The notes under the pieces were generated by a model. That model saw only the letters and a list, made by a program, of their open reading frames with translations. It was not told the DNA's origin and did no database searches. Below, one piece after another: positions 1 through 10,655 of a stretch of 51,227 bases of DNA (positions are counted from its first letter, which is position 1; every line of letters begins with the position of its first letter). The DNA is from Nitrospirota bacterium (GTDB lineage: Bacteria; Nitrospirota; Thermodesulfovibrionia; Thermodesulfovibrionales; Dissulfurispiraceae): the NCBI GenBank assembly GCA_040754455.1, contig JBFMCP010000024.1, positions 1 through 51,227 of the forward strand. Direction: 5' to 3'. Both the position numbers and the translations under genes were made by a program.

Positions 1-87
1 TTGCTGGAGCCCATCGGCGATATCCCGCCGGCAGAGAAGGAAATCGAGTATTATAGTCAGCTGCAGGAGTCGACCGTTGCGGTCTGA
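1..87 (+). CDS. IS3-family transposase OrfB, C-terminal fragment (cut by window edge)
   Basis: Frame 1 reads LLEPIGDIPPAEKEIEYYSQLQESTVAV*, the typical C-terminus (LEPIGxIPPAExE..YY) of IS3-family (IS51-group-like) transposases. Not in the ORF track. Confidence 0.88.
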   Translation: MLEPIGDIPPAEKEIEYYSQLQESTVAV

Positions 88-126
88 CTCAAACAAATCG
101 GTCTCCGGAATACCCGGGGGGATTCA
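1..126 (+). mobile_element. IS3-family insertion sequence, right end with terminal inverted repeat
   Basis: The transposase stop is followed by GGTCTCCGGAATACCCGGGGGGATTCA ending in CA at 126. Its reverse complement TGAATCCCCCCGGGTATTCCGGAGACC fits the TG...CA termini of IS3/IS51-group elements. Confidence 0.85.
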
Positions 127-198
127 CCCTGTCCAATTGAGTAAACATTGTTCTTTCCATTACAATAACTTCATGCCACTCTTTGTAAGATACTACTC

Positions 199-1299
199 AT
201 GAAATTTCCAAAACGCATAGAGACACCCCTTCTCGTTCCTCTTGCCCTCTCTCTTATTTTTCATATCTTGCTCGTCATCGGCGTCTCCGGATCCGGCGGG
301 TTCCTTCTCTTTGCGCCCTTCTCCGACACCCCGCTCACTGCACATATTGTTACCGAAGGATTGCCTGCAAAAGCGATGCTCGCATCACCGGCTTCCGTCA
401 AGAACGTCTCGCTGCAAAAGGAGCAGCCCGCTCCTGACCATCCGATAACCGATACGCCTCCTGAAGTCGACAGTACGCCGACTGCGCAACTGCCCGAGCC
501 TCCTTCTGCCGAAGAGCAGAACCCGGCGCCTTCGAAAGAGGAAATACCCGCTCCCGCTGCTGCGAACGACAACAACCAAACCGCCCCTGACAATAGCGGA
601 CCGCTCCCTCACGCCGGAAAGGCCGCTCCTCCCGAAATGCTTACGGCTTCGAAAGAACGTCTTTACTTCGACCTCTACTGGATCGGCATCTATGTGGGCA
701 AGGCGACGCTCGAAGCGGTCAGCAGCGGTGATGATGCCACCATTACCTCCAGGGTCCACTCTGCACCTTTCATCTCGACCTTTTATAAGGTTGAGGATTT
801 TGCAGAGAGCAGAATCGTGGGCGGCATGCCCTCGCACTTCAGAATAAAGCAGCACGAAGGAAAATACCGCAGCGACAAAGAGACGATCTTTGATAATGAG
901 AATAAAAAAATCACTTTTTTTAATTACCTGAAGGGCACGAGGCATGAGCATATTCCGGTCCAGTCGCTTTTCTGGGATGTCATCTCAGGTTTCTATTATC
1001 TGAGGACACAGCGCCTCGAAGCAGGAGCATCCCTCGCTATTGACGTCTTTGATAGCAACAAGTTCATTAAGGTCCAGGTAAATGTCCTCGGCAAAGAGCG
1101 GCTTACTCTCTCCTCTCTCGGTGAAAGGGAGACCATAAAAGCACAGATTGTATTGAAGTCCGAGGGGCTCTTCAAGAAAACCGGGGATATTTTCGTATGG
1201 CTTACTGATGATGACAAAAAAATGCCTGTAAAGGTTGAGACACAGGTTCCCATTGGAACGGTTGTTGCTGAGCTGAAGGCTGTCGAGGCTGAGAGATGA
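199..1299 (+). CDS. DUF3108-domain protein with N-terminal membrane anchor and Pro/Ala-rich linker
   Basis: N-terminal hydrophobic helix (SLIFHILL), Pro-rich low-complexity linker, and a C-terminal domain with ERLYFDLYWIG...DVISGFYYLR...VWLTDDDKKMPVKV typical of DUF3108. Confidence 0.75.
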   Translation: MKFPKRIETPLLVPLALSLIFHILLVIGVSGSGGFLLFAPFSDTPLTAHIVTEGLPAKAMLASPASVKNVSLQKEQPAPDHPITDTPPEVDSTPTAQLPEPPSAEEQNPAPSKEEIPAPAAANDNNQTAPDNSGPLPHAGKAAPPEMLTASKERLYFDLYWIGIYVGKATLEAVSSGDDATITSRVHSAPFISTFYKVEDFAESRIVGGMPSHFRIKQHEGKYRSDKETIFDNENKKITFFNYLKGTRHEHIPVQSLFWDVISGFYYLRTQRLEAGASLAIDVFDSNKFIKVQVNVLGKERLTLSSLGERETIKAQIVLKSEGLFKKTGDIFVWLTDDDKKMPVKVETQVPIGTVVAELKAVEAER

Positions 1300-1359
1300 A
1301 ACATCCTGCTTGTTTCAGTTATAGTATAAGTTGCGACTATTCTACAAGGAAATTTTGTT

Positions 1360-3906
1360 ATGCAGGATTACATCATTATAAAGGGCGCACGGGAGCATAA
1401 TCTCAAAAATATCGACGTCACCATCCCGAGAGATAAAATCACGGTCATTACCGGTCCCTCAGGCTCCGGAAAGTCCTCCCTTGCCATGGATACCATCTAT
1501 GCCGAGGGGCAGCGGCGGTATGTGGAGAGCCTTTCCGCCTACGCGCGCCAATTCCTTGAGCAGATGCAGAAGCCTGATCTGGACTACATCGACGGCCTCT
1601 CTCCTGCCATTGCGATCGACCAGAAGACTGTCACCAAGAGTCCCCGCTCCACCGTAGGGACGATTACCGAAGTGTACGATTATATGCGGGTGCTCTTCAC
1701 GAGGATCGGCATACCGTATTGCTACAACTGCGGCTCCGTTATTTCCACTCAGGATATCTCCAACATCATCAGCTCCGTTTCTTCGCTTCCCGAAGGCACA
1801 CGCGTTCAGGTACTCTCGCCTATTGTCAGGGGGAGAAAAGGAGAATACAAGAAAGAGTTGCAGAAGATGCGGCTGGACGGGTTTGTCAGGGCGCGCATCG
1901 ACGGGAAGATGGTCGAGCTTACCCATGACATATCGTTGAAAAAGCAGCAGCAGCACACCATCGAAATCGTCATCGACCGGTTCATCATCAAACCCTCTGT
2001 CGACCGGCAGATACGGCAGGCGATCGAGACCTCGCTGCGCTATGCCGATTCGATCGTTATCAACCTGGTCGATGAAAATAGAGATATTGCCTTCAGCAAG
2101 ACCCTTGCCTGTCCTCAATGCGGCATCAGCTACCCAGAGATCGAGCCGCGACTCTTTTCCTTCAACAGCAAATACGGCGCATGCCCCCGTTGTGAGGGGA
2201 TGGGGTTCGAGGGGATCGTCGATGAGTCCGCTGAACGAGAGGGATACCAGGAAGAAATATATGAGCGAGAGCTTACCCATCTCTCTCCCTGCAAAGCCTG
2301 CCATGGAATGCGTCTGCGCAAAGAGGCGTTGAGCATAAAGCTCAAGGGGACAAATATCGGCCAGTTTGCGAGGATGTCGGTTGAGGATGCCCAGCAGTTC
2401 ATCAATGCCCTCGACCTTTCGGAACGGGAGATGCTGATTTCCAAAAGGGTGCTCAAAGAGATCAGGGATCGGCTCTCCTTCCTCGAGAGGGTCGGCCTCG
2501 GGTATCTCACCCTCGACCGTCCTTCGCTGACGCTTTCTGGCGGCGAGGCGCAGAGGATCAGGCTCGCAACGCAGCTCGGATCATCGCTGACCGGCGTTCT
2601 TTATATTCTGGATGAGCCGAGCATAGGACTGCATCCGCGGGACTGCGCCAAGCTTCTGAAGAGCCTCGATTCCATACGTGATGCTGGGAATACGGTCGTC
2701 ATTGTCGAGCACGATGAAGAGACCATCAGGCATGCGGACTATATTATCGATATGGGACCCGGCGCAGGCAAAAACGGCGGATGGATCATCGCTTCGGGAA
2801 CCCCCGATGAGATCAGGAACAACGAAGCGTCGATCACCGGGAAATACCTCAGTGGAAAAGCGAAAATTCCCGTTCCTGAAAAAAGGCGCAAACCGGCGGA
2901 ATTCCTTAAAGTCATCGATGCATCAGAGTTCAATCTGAAACATATCAATGTTTCCGTTCCTCTTAGCGTATTTACCTGCATAACGGGCGTCTCCGGATCG
3001 GGGAAGAGCACCCTGGTCTTTGAGGTGCTGTATAAGGCGCTGGCAAAACGTCTCTACGACAGCGATGTCATTCCGGGGGCGCACAAACAGATCGAGGGAC
3101 TCGAAAAAATCGACAAGGTAATCCGTGTCGATCAATCACCCCTGGGCAGGACTCCCCGCTCGAACCCTGCCACCTATACGGGCATCTTCACCTTTATCAG
3201 GGATCTCTTTTCCCGGCTCCCCGATTCGCGGGTGCGCGGATACAAGGCATCGCGCTTCAGCTTCAATCTGCCGGGTGGACGCTGCGAATTCTGTCAGGGC
3301 GACGGCATGAAAAAGATCGAGATGCATTTCCTTCCCGATGTCTATGTAACCTGCGATGCCTGCAAAGGCAAACGGTACAACAAAGAGACGCTCGAAATTT
3401 ATTACAAAGGCAAGAATATCTCCGATATCCTCGAGATGACGATCACGGAGGCGCTGGAGTTTTTCTCTGCGATCCCTCCCCTCAAGCAGCGTCTCGAAAT
3501 CCTCGATGATGTCGGCATGGGGTATCTGAGGCTCGGGCAGCCTGCGACCACCCTCTCGGGCGGCGAGTCGCAGCGGCTGCGGCTTGCCAAGGAGCTCGGG
3601 AAAAAGGCTACGGGCAATACCATCTACCTCCTCGACGAGCCGACGACGGGACTCCACTTTGTGGACATACAGAGGCTGCTCAATGTGATCAACCGTCTCG
3701 TCGATATGGGCAACAGCGTCATTGTCATCGAGCACGACATTGACATCATAAAATCCGCCGACTACCTCATCGACCTCGGGCCTGAAGGGGGGAACGAGGG
3801 AGGGAGGATCATCGCTGCAGGCACGCCTGAGGAAGTGGCGAAGAACAAAGATTCCTACACCGGACGTTTCCTTGCCCAGAAGCTGAAGCACCATCAACTC
3901 TTCTAA
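1360..3906 (+). CDS. uvrA: Excinuclease ABC subunit A (short form)
   Basis: [13 protein letters not shown] start, two Walker A motifs ([16 protein letters not shown]), LSGGE signatures, Zn fingers, FSFN motifs. Confidence 0.97.
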   Translation: MQDYIIIKGAREHNLKNIDVTIPRDKITVITGPSGSGKSSLAMDTIYAEGQRRYVESLSAYARQFLEQMQKPDLDYIDGLSPAIAIDQKTVTKSPRSTVGTITEVYDYMRVLFTRIGIPYCYNCGSVISTQDISNIISSVSSLPEGTRVQVLSPIVRGRKGEYKKELQKMRLDGFVRARIDGKMVELTHDISLKKQQQHTIEIVIDRFIIKPSVDRQIRQAIETSLRYADSIVINLVDENRDIAFSKTLACPQCGISYPEIEPRLFSFNSKYGACPRCEGMGFEGIVDESAEREGYQEEIYERELTHLSPCKACHGMRLRKEALSIKLKGTNIGQFARMSVEDAQQFINALDLSEREMLISKRVLKEIRDRLSFLERVGLGYLTLDRPSLTLSGGEAQRIRLATQLGSSLTGVLYILDEPSIGLHPRDCAKLLKSLDSIRDAGNTVVIVEHDEETIRHADYIIDMGPGAGKNGGWIIASGTPDEIRNNEASITGKYLSGKAKIPVPEKRRKPAEFLKVIDASEFNLKHINVSVPLSVFTCITGVSGSGKSTLVFEVLYKALAKRLYDSDVIPGAHKQIEGLEKIDKVIRVDQSPLGRTPRSNPATYTGIFTFIRDLFSRLPDSRVRGYKASRFSFNLPGGRCEFCQGDGMKKIEMHFLPDVYVTCDACKGKRYNKETLEIYYKGKNISDILEMTITEALEFFSAIPPLKQRLEILDDVGMGYLRLGQPATTLSGGESQRLRLAKELGKKATGNTIYLLDEPTTGLHFVDIQRLLNVINRLVDMGNSVIVIEHDIDIIKSADYLIDLGPEGGNEGGRIIAAGTPEEVAKNKDSYTGRFLAQKLKHHQLF

Positions 3907-3959
3907 TTTTTTTCTGAAAGCAACAAAACAAAGACTAAACTAGCCATGAAGGGAGTATT

Positions 3960-5120
3960 CTAACACTCCCTGAAAGGCGAAAGTTCCCGTACTCTTTTCA
4001 CAACCTCTTCGAGTTTGCCGAGCACATAGTCGATATTCTCGGCAGTGGTATGTTTTCCGAGCGTAAGCCGTAACGAGCCGGTGATGAGGTGATGGGGAAG
4101 ACCTATGGCCAGCAGGACATGGGAAGGCCCCTTGGTTGCGGCATTACAGGCAGAGCCGGTAGAGCAGGCGATTCCCTCTTGATCGAGATAGGTCATGATC
4201 AGTTCGCCCTCTGCATTCTTGAATGAGACATTGACGTTTCCCGGCATTCTCATTGCAGGATGCCCGTTGAGCACCGAATGCGGTATCCGCTCCAGTATGC
4301 CGTTCATCAGCCTGTCTCTTAAAACAGCAACTTCCTTCTGCTCCTGGTAAAGGCCCTCGGACGCGATCTCCACCGCCTTCCCGAACCCGACAATGCCAGG
4401 CACATTATGGGTAGAGGCCCTCCATCCCCTTTCCTGGGTGCCGCCGTGCATGAAGGGGCTGAGCTTTGTCCCCTCCCTGATATAGAGTGCGCCGACGCCT
4501 TTGGGGCCGTAAAGTTTATGCGCCGATACGCTCAGCAGATCTGCACCAAGCTCATTCACATCAAAGCGCATATGTCCGAACGTCTGTACCGCATCGGTGT
4601 GAAAGATAATGCCGTTTTCTTTGGCGATCTTTCCGATCTCTGCGATAGGTTGTATCGTCCCGATCTCGTTGTTGGCATGCATGACAGAGATGAGAATGGT
4701 TCTTTTTGTTATAACCTTCTTGACATCATCGGGGGAAACAAGGCCGTACCGATCAACTGGAAGATAGGTTATGTCAAATCCGTTCTTTTCGAGAAAGGCG
4801 CAGGGCTCGAGAACCGCATGGTGCTCGATGGAGGAAGTGATGATGTGATCGCCGCGGTTGCGGTTGGCAAAGGCAACACCCTTGATCGCTGCGTTGTCGC
4901 TTTCGGTTCCTCCGCTCGTAAAGACAACCTCGTTGCTTCGTGCTCCCATAAACCCGGCGACACTCTTCCTTGCCCTCTCGACCGCCTCCCGTGCTTCGAA
5001 TCCCCATGAATGTGCGCTCGAGGGGTTGCCGTAGATTTCGCTGAAATACGGCAGCATCGCCCTGACCACCTCGGGGTCGGTGGGTGTAGTCGCCGCGTTA
5101 TCAAGGTAGACTTTTCGCAT
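3960..5120 (-). CDS. iscS: Cysteine desulfurase, IscS/NifS family
   Basis: VYLDNAATT, FTSGGTESDN, HTDAVQ, SAHK(PLP)LYGPKG, catalytic STGSAC motif. Confidence 0.93.
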   Translation of the reverse strand: MRKVYLDNAATTPTDPEVVRAMLPYFSEIYGNPSSAHSWGFEAREAVERARKSVAGFMGARSNEVVFTSGGTESDNAAIKGVAFANRNRGDHIITSSIEHHAVLEPCAFLEKNGFDITYLPVDRYGLVSPDDVKKVITKRTILISVMHANNEIGTIQPIAEIGKIAKENGIIFHTDAVQTFGHMRFDVNELGADLLSVSAHKLYGPKGVGALYIREGTKLSPFMHGGTQERGWRASTHNVPGIVGFGKAVEIASEGLYQEQKEVAVLRDRLMNGILERIPHSVLNGHPAMRMPGNVNVSFKNAEGELIMTYLDQEGIACSTGSACNAATKGPSHVLLAIGLPHHLITGSLRLTLGKHTTAENIDYVLGKLEEVVKRVRELSPFREC

Positions 5121-5311
5121 GATCTGTTTCCGGGCACTCCCTTTTTCTCGAGATCAGAAATATCGCAATCTTGGCATTGAGATGGGGAAGCACTCTTATC
5201 ATTCTACCATGCGCAATAAAAAAAGAACTTTCAATAGAGATATTTTTCAAAAAGCAATATGCCTTGAAATCACTGACACCCGCCCCTTCCCTGACGATGT
5301 CGGTGATGATC

Positions 5312-6487
5312 TTATGAGAACATATGCAGTTTTCCATTCGATGCGTTACTCAGGAAGTGTCGTATCAGGGGGGCCTCCTTGCCTGTATCGAGGAGAAACG
5401 CATCATGGCCGTAGGGCGAATCTATTTCGCAGTAGGTGGTCGCAATGCCTGCCATCTTGCAGGCCCTGACGATCTCCCGGGATTGTGAGGCGGGATAGAG
5501 CCAGTCCGAGGTAAAGGCGATGACGAGGACCTTTGCACTCAGCCCTCTGAAAACCTCATGCAATAGCTTTCCCCCGGCAATATCGAAATAATCCATGGCT
5601 TTTGTTATGTAAAGGTACGAATTGGCATCGAACCTCCTGACGAAATTATCTCCCCGATCTCTCAGATATCTCTCGACCTCGAAGTCCGGTGTAAACTTGG
5701 CTGAAGAGCTGTTGTTCCTCATGTGACGACCGAATTTCTTGTCCATCGATTCATTGCTCATATAGGTAATATGTCCCACCATGCGTGCGACAGCGAGTCC
5801 TTTGGCGGGAATATGTCCGCTGTCATAGTAATTTCCGAATTTCCAGCAGGGATCAGCCATGATCGCCTGCCTTCCTACCTCATTGAAGGCAATCTGCTGC
5901 GGAGAATGCCGTAGTGCCGTTGCAATGGGAATAGCGCTCCGTATACGTTCGGGATAGGTTGCCATCCATTCGAGCACCTGCATTCCTCCCATTGAGCCGC
6001 CTGCGGCACAGAGCAACGTATCGATGCCGAGATGGTCGATTAAATGGCGCTGCGCCCTGACCATGTCCTTGATCGTAAGCAAAGGAAACCCCAGGCCGTA
6101 AGGTCTGCCGGTTTCCGGATTCAGTGAGGATGGTCCAGTAGACCCCTTGCACCCGCCGATGACATTCGAGCAGATGACGAAGTAGCGGTCGGTATCGAAT
6201 GCCTTCCCAGGACCGACCATTCTATCCCACCAGCCCGGCCGCTCATCACCTTCATGATACCCGGCTGCGTGGGCATCACCCGAGAGTGCGTGGAGCAGCA
6301 AAATAGCATTGCTCTTATCACTGTTCAAAGTTCCATAGGTCTCATAAGCAATGGTTACCGATGATAAGCGTTCGCCGTTTTCGAGCAAAAACGGTCCGGA
6401 TGACCCGGCGAAATGAAAAAATTTTGTCGCCACGATGCCGACACCGCCGGCCGGCGATGCTCCTCTCTTTGCATGCACGCTGTTCAT
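5312..6487 (-). CDS. metX: Homoserine O-acetyltransferase
   Basis: [19 protein letters not shown] nucleophile elbow, [22 protein letters not shown]. Start moved to the ATG at 6487 to avoid overlap with metY. Confidence 0.95.
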   Translation of the reverse strand: MNSVHAKRGASPAGGVGIVATKFFHFAGSSGPFLLENGERLSSVTIAYETYGTLNSDKSNAILLLHALSGDAHAAGYHEGDERPGWWDRMVGPGKAFDTDRYFVICSNVIGGCKGSTGPSSLNPETGRPYGLGFPLLTIKDMVRAQRHLIDHLGIDTLLCAAGGSMGGMQVLEWMATYPERIRSAIPIATALRHSPQQIAFNEVGRQAIMADPCWKFGNYYDSGHIPAKGLAVARMVGHITYMSNESMDKKFGRHMRNNSSSAKFTPDFEVERYLRDRGDNFVRRFDANSYLYITKAMDYFDIAGGKLLHEVFRGLSAKVLVIAFTSDWLYPASQSREIVRACKMAGIATTYCEIDSPYGHDAFLLDTGKEAPLIRHFLSNASNGKLHMFS

Positions 6488-6503
6488 ATCGCTTTCAAGG
6501 AGG

Positions 6504-7802
6504 TCACTGCGCTGATTTCTTGAGCGCCTGCTCGATATCAGCGATGATATCGTCTCTATGCTCAAGCCCTATCGAGAGCCTGATGAAATCGGGGGTGACT
6601 CCTGTTGCATGCTGCTCCTCGGCTGAAAGCTGCTGGTGCGTTGTCGTTGCCGGGTGGATAGCGAGTGTCTTGGCGTCTCCTATATTCGCAAGGTGGGATA
6701 TCAGACCGAGGGCATCGATAAATTTCTTCCCTGCCTCGGCGCCGCCCTTGATGCCGAACCCCACAATGGCGCCTGCTCCACGCTGAAGGTATTTGTTGAC
6801 CCGCCCGTATTCAGGACTCGATTCCAATCCAGGATACCGTACCCAGGAGACATAGGGGCTTTCCGACAAGTATCGGGCGACAGCAACAGCATTCTCCGAG
6901 TGCCGGGGCATTCTCAGGTGCAAGGTTTCCAGACCCTGGAGAAAGAGAAAGGCATTGAACGGCGAGAGCGCAGGCCCCATATCCCTCAGGAGCGTCACCC
7001 TCGCCTTTATGATATAGGCGATGTTCCCGATCGGCTTGAGTGCCTCAACAAAGTTGAGGCCGTGATAGCTCAGGTCAGGCCCATCGATCAGGGGGAACTT
7101 CCCGTTGGTCCAATCGAATCTGCCCGAATCGACAATGAGCCCGCCTATGGAAGTCCCGTGGCCTCCGATGAACTTTGTCGCCGAGTACACGGCGATGTCC
7201 ACACCAAAATCAAAAGGTCGGAGGAGGTACGGTGAAACGGTATTGTCGAGCACAAAGGGGATTCCGTGCTCGTGGGCAATTGCTGCTATTCCTTCCAGAT
7301 CCGCGACATCGAGTTTGGGATTGCCGATGGATTCGGCATACACTGCTTTTGTTTTGTCGGTGATCGCACCTCTCAGGGCATCGAGATCGTTGGACCTGAC
7401 AAAGTTCACCTTTATCCCAAGGCGTGGGAAGGTATAGTGAAAGAGGTTGTACGTACCGCCGTAAAGGTTGTCCATCGAAACGATCTCATCTCCGGCCCGT
7501 GCGATGTTCAGAAGGGCGAGCGTTATCGCCGACTGGCCGCTCGACACTGCAAGCGCCCCCACGCCACCGTCGATGAGTGCTATCCTTTTTTCGAGCACAT
7601 CGCTGGTCGGGTTCATCAGCCGTGTATATATGTTGCCGAACTCTTTCAGTGAGAAGAGGTTTGACGCATGCTCCGTATTTTTAAACTGGTACGAGGTCGT
7701 CTGGTAAATAGGTACTGCCCGCGCCCCGGTAGCGGCATCCGGCTCCTGACCACCGTGGAGTGCAAGTGTCTCAACATTCAAAGCGTTTTTTTGTCTGCTC
7801 AT
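6504..7802 (-). CDS. metY: O-acetylhomoserine aminocarboxypropyltransferase (sulfhydrylase)
   Basis: [55 protein letters not shown]. Confidence 0.95.
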   Translation of the reverse strand: MSRQKNALNVETLALHGGQEPDAATGARAVPIYQTTSYQFKNTEHASNLFSLKEFGNIYTRLMNPTSDVLEKRIALIDGGVGALAVSSGQSAITLALLNIARAGDEIVSMDNLYGGTYNLFHYTFPRLGIKVNFVRSNDLDALRGAITDKTKAVYAESIGNPKLDVADLEGIAAIAHEHGIPFVLDNTVSPYLLRPFDFGVDIAVYSATKFIGGHGTSIGGLIVDSGRFDWTNGKFPLIDGPDLSYHGLNFVEALKPIGNIAYIIKARVTLLRDMGPALSPFNAFLFLQGLETLHLRMPRHSENAVAVARYLSESPYVSWVRYPGLESSPEYGRVNKYLQRGAGAIVGFGIKGGAEAGKKFIDALGLISHLANIGDAKTLAIHPATTTHQQLSAEEQHATGVTPDFIRLSIGLEHRDDIIADIEQALKKSAQ

Positions 7803-7849
7803 AGTGCCCCTTTCATTGAATAGCGTCTATTTCCCGATGAAGAGACCGG

Positions 7850-8182
7850 TTACGCTGCCTTAGCCCTGTCCGCATGGGCGGAAACCGGGGCATCCACTGA
7901 CAGAAAGAGTCCGATATGCCCCTCATCGGTGAAATCAAATTGCAGCTTTTCGCGGGTAAGCACCGATACGGTGTACGCGAGATCATCGAGCTTCTCTGTT
8001 ACCTGCTCGATCGTCCTTTCGGTAACATCGTATAACTCAAGAATGTCGATGATATCTTCCGGGTCGCCGGTGTTATAGGATTCGAGGAGAACGCGCTCCA
8101 CTCCCGCCGCCCTGCTCTTTGCAGTAGTGATCTGATGCTTCAATCGCTCCAGGCACAATCCATATATCTTTACGCCGTCCAT
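7850..8182 (-). CDS. Hypothetical protein upstream of metY
   Basis: 110-aa ORF preceded by AGGAG, co-oriented with metY. No recognisable family. Confidence 0.6.
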   Translation of the reverse strand: MDGVKIYGLCLERLKHQITTAKSRAAGVERVLLESYNTGDPEDIIDILELYDVTERTIEQVTEKLDDLAYTVSVLTREKLQFDFTDEGHIGLFLSVDAPVSAHADRAKAA

Positions 8183-8464
8183 ATCCGTGTATGCTCCTTT
8201 CTCTTGATTCGCTTAATTCAAACACAAAAGCAATCAATGTGCCACAAGACAAAACACTGCACATACAATCACTTCCAAATGACAGACACCTTCCGTTTGA
8301 TTACTTTAATAGCATGGTGTTTATTTTATATACAGGAACATTGGGGAAGCAAAGTGAAGGAGTGCACGTAGTATTATGGAGGGAAGCTTGCTTTTTGAAA
8401 GGCGCGTTTCGTGGTTTAAAAAGCTCTTTACTGACGCAAAGAACGGCGTCTATGGTAACATATT

Positions 8465-9484
8465 ATGATGAAATTCAAATTACTTCTGCTGTTAGCGGTT
8501 TTACCTCTCTCGATGCTTCTGCTCTCCTGCACTTCCGGTAAAGAAAAACCATACAAAGTGAGCCGGATCGCGATGGACACGCTCGTCTCCATCACCGTTT
8601 ATGCTCGTTCCGAAGAAAAAGCCGAAAAGGCGATGGACAACGCCTTTAAAGAGCTCAACAGGCTCTCGGATCTTTTGAATTTCTTCTCTGAAACGAGCGA
8701 GGTGGCCTTGATAAACCGCTCAGCGGGTGTCAGTCCTGTAAAGGTATCGAAAGAGACCTTCGAGGTCATCGAGAAAGCGCTCTCCGTTGCCGAAGACACC
8801 GGCGGTGCCTTTGACATCACTATCGGCGCGGTATCGTCACTCTGGGACTTTCATAAGAAGACGCTCCCTGATCCAGAGCTGCTCAAAAAGAGCCTGAAGT
8901 CTGTTGGCTATAAAAACATTGTGCTGGACAAGGAACATTCAACTGTCTATCTCAAAAAGAAGGGAATGAAGATCGACCTTGGAGCGATTGCCAAGGGGTA
9001 CGGCGCTGATAAGGCAGTAGCAGTCCTGAAGAACAATGGAATACGGTCAGGTCTCGTGTCAGTGGCAGGAGATATCAAGACCTTCGGCGCAAAGCCTGAC
9101 GGCAGCTCCTGGAGAATAGGGATCAAAAACCCGAGGCCGCAGAGCGAGGGGGAGGAACTCATCGCCGTCCTCAGTCTCGGCAATAACGCTGTTTCAACGT
9201 CGGGCGACTACGAACGGTTTTTCATCAAAGATGGCATCCGCTATCATCATATCCTCGACCCATCAACCGGGTATCCGGCATCCGGATGCCGGAGCGTGAG
9301 TATTATAACCAAGGAGGGCGTGTACACCGACGCATTTTCAACAGCGGTCTTCATTCTCGGTTCGGAGAGAGGTATGGAGGTTATGAGAAAAATCGGGCTC
9401 GAAGGAATGATCATCGATGATGAAGGTAATATTTCTACTACCGAAGGAATGAAAGGTGCGGTTGAACTCGTCCGGAAGCACTAA
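8465..9484 (+). CDS. apbE: FAD:protein FMN transferase (ApbE lipoprotein)
   Basis: Lipobox LLSC, AMDT, FDITIG, DLGAIAKGY, STSGDYERF, YHHILDPSTGYP, DAFSTA. Confidence 0.95.
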   Translation: MMKFKLLLLLAVLPLSMLLLSCTSGKEKPYKVSRIAMDTLVSITVYARSEEKAEKAMDNAFKELNRLSDLLNFFSETSEVALINRSAGVSPVKVSKETFEVIEKALSVAEDTGGAFDITIGAVSSLWDFHKKTLPDPELLKKSLKSVGYKNIVLDKEHSTVYLKKKGMKIDLGAIAKGYGADKAVAVLKNNGIRSGLVSVAGDIKTFGAKPDGSSWRIGIKNPRPQSEGEELIAVLSLGNNAVSTSGDYERFFIKDGIRYHHILDPSTGYPASGCRSVSIITKEGVYTDAFSTAVFILGSERGMEVMRKIGLEGMIIDDEGNISTTEGMKGAVELVRKH

Positions 9485-9845
9485 AACAACATTTGCCGAC
9501 AAACTCGTGCTGCTCTTCTTTATTGCGCTCTCCCTCTCGAGCTTTTTCTTTGTCAACGAGGTGCTGCCACAGGGAAGCGAGGTCAGAATCGAAGTAGCCG
9601 GCGAACTTAAGTATACGCTGCCGCTTTCGGACGACCGTATTATTTCGGTAGAAGGTCCGATGGGGACGACGATCATTGAGGTGAAGAACAAGCGGGTGCG
9701 GGTTGTGAAATCTCCCTGTCCCAATAAGATCTGCTTACACCAGGACTGGATAGAGCGGGGAGCGGTGGTCTGCCTGCCCAACAAGGTGCTGGTCACCATT
9801 ACCGGTCCTCAGCAAAAGAAAGAGATCGATGGAATCACGGGATAG
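9456..9845 (+). CDS. NusG domain II-containing protein (DUF1312)
   Basis: N-terminal TM helix and SPCPNKIC...VCLPNKV...ID motif. Exact start uncertain. Confidence 0.88.
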   Translation: MRLNSSGSTKTTFADKLVLLFFIALSLSSFFFVNEVLPQGSEVRIEVAGELKYTLPLSDDRIISVEGPMGTTIIEVKNKRVRVVKSPCPNKICLHQDWIERGAVVCLPNKVLVTITGPQQKKEIDGITG

Positions 9846-10362
9846 GTACCGTATCGCCCTCCTCTCTGCATACGCCCTTGCTCTCCACGGCTTCGAGGCA
9901 CTCATTCCCTCTCCCGTCCCGTGGCTCAGGCTCGGACTGTCGAACATCATAACGCTCGTTACGCTCTTTTTTTACGGACTGAAACCGGCCCTCATGGTGA
10001 CCATGATACGGGTGCTGCTCGGATCACTGCTCCTGGGGACCTTTCTGGGCCCTGCCTTCTTTTTGAGTCTCGGCGGCGGGCTGGCGGGTACGCTCTCCAT
10101 GGGGATTATCACCGCTCTCTTTCCGAGGGTCTTCAGCATGATGGGGGTAAGCATGATCGGCGCGTTTTTTCACAATGTCGCGCAGCTCGTTATCGCCTAT
10201 GTGCTCTTTGTGCAGAGGATCGAGGGTATTCTTGCCGTTGCTCCTTTTCTGATCGCTGCGGGCACACTGACCGGCGCGGTCAACGGGGTCGCCTCAAGAT
10301 ACCTCATCAACGAAATACAAAAACAGCACTCCCCTGCACTTTCACCAACAGAGCCTATATAA
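9829..10362 (+). CDS. Gx transporter family protein (annotated as heptaprenyl diphosphate synthase component I; ECF S-component-like)
   Basis: EALIPSPVPWLRLGLSN...GAFFHNVAQL motifs, multiple TM helices, overlaps the NusG-II gene. Confidence 0.88.
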   Translation: MESRDRYRIALLSAYALALHGFEALIPSPVPWLRLGLSNIITLVTLFFYGLKPALMVTMIRVLLGSLLLGTFLGPAFFLSLGGGLAGTLSMGIITALFPRVFSMMGVSMIGAFFHNVAQLVIAYVLFVQRIEGILAVAPFLIAAGTLTGAVNGVASRYLINEIQKQHSPALSPTEPI

Positions 10363-10633
10363 GCGGTAATTTCTTTTCCCGGGCAAAATTCTTGATGACG
10401 GTGATGGCGGTAAAAATCCTCTGCAGCCTCAGATTTCTGCTCCGTATGAGCGCCGCATCATGATAGGGGAAGGGCTCGGCGCGGATCTCCCGCTGCATAC
10501 GCTCCAGCGAAGTGTAGAGCGCCTTGAGTGCATTGGCGTCAAATGGTTTCAGAAAGAGAGGATTGATGGTAATGAACCCGCCTGCTATATCTGCGGCAAT
10601 CGCCTTGTAGTTCCTCTTTGCCTGTTCAGCCAT
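10355..10633 (-). CDS. Conserved hypothetical protein
   Basis: 92-aa ORF directly downstream of tatC, same strand, preceded by GAAGGGG. Confidence 0.65.
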   Translation of the reverse strand: MAEQAKRNYKAIAADIAGGFITINPLFLKPFDANALKALYTSLERMQREIRAEPFPYHDAALIRSRNLRLQRIFTAITVIKNFAREKKLPLI

Positions 10634-10655
10634 TTCCGCCCCTTCGGGAGATCAT

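Noticed and set aside
100..126. Resemblance between the IS3 terminal repeat (TCTCCGGAATACCCGGGGGGATTC) and the reverse complement of the CRISPR spacer (TCTCCGGTATTACCGGAGTAATCC)
   Set aside because: Only 17/24 identity, driven by shared CCGG palindromes. Too weak to claim IS targeting.
1300..1359. LexA/SOS box upstream of uvrA
   Set aside because: No convincing palindrome matching a known LexA consensus.
8183..8464. SAM riboswitch or Rrf2/CymR operator upstream of the met cluster
   Set aside because: No SAM-I core is visible; only a weak ACACC...GGTGT inverted repeat, insufficient for a call.
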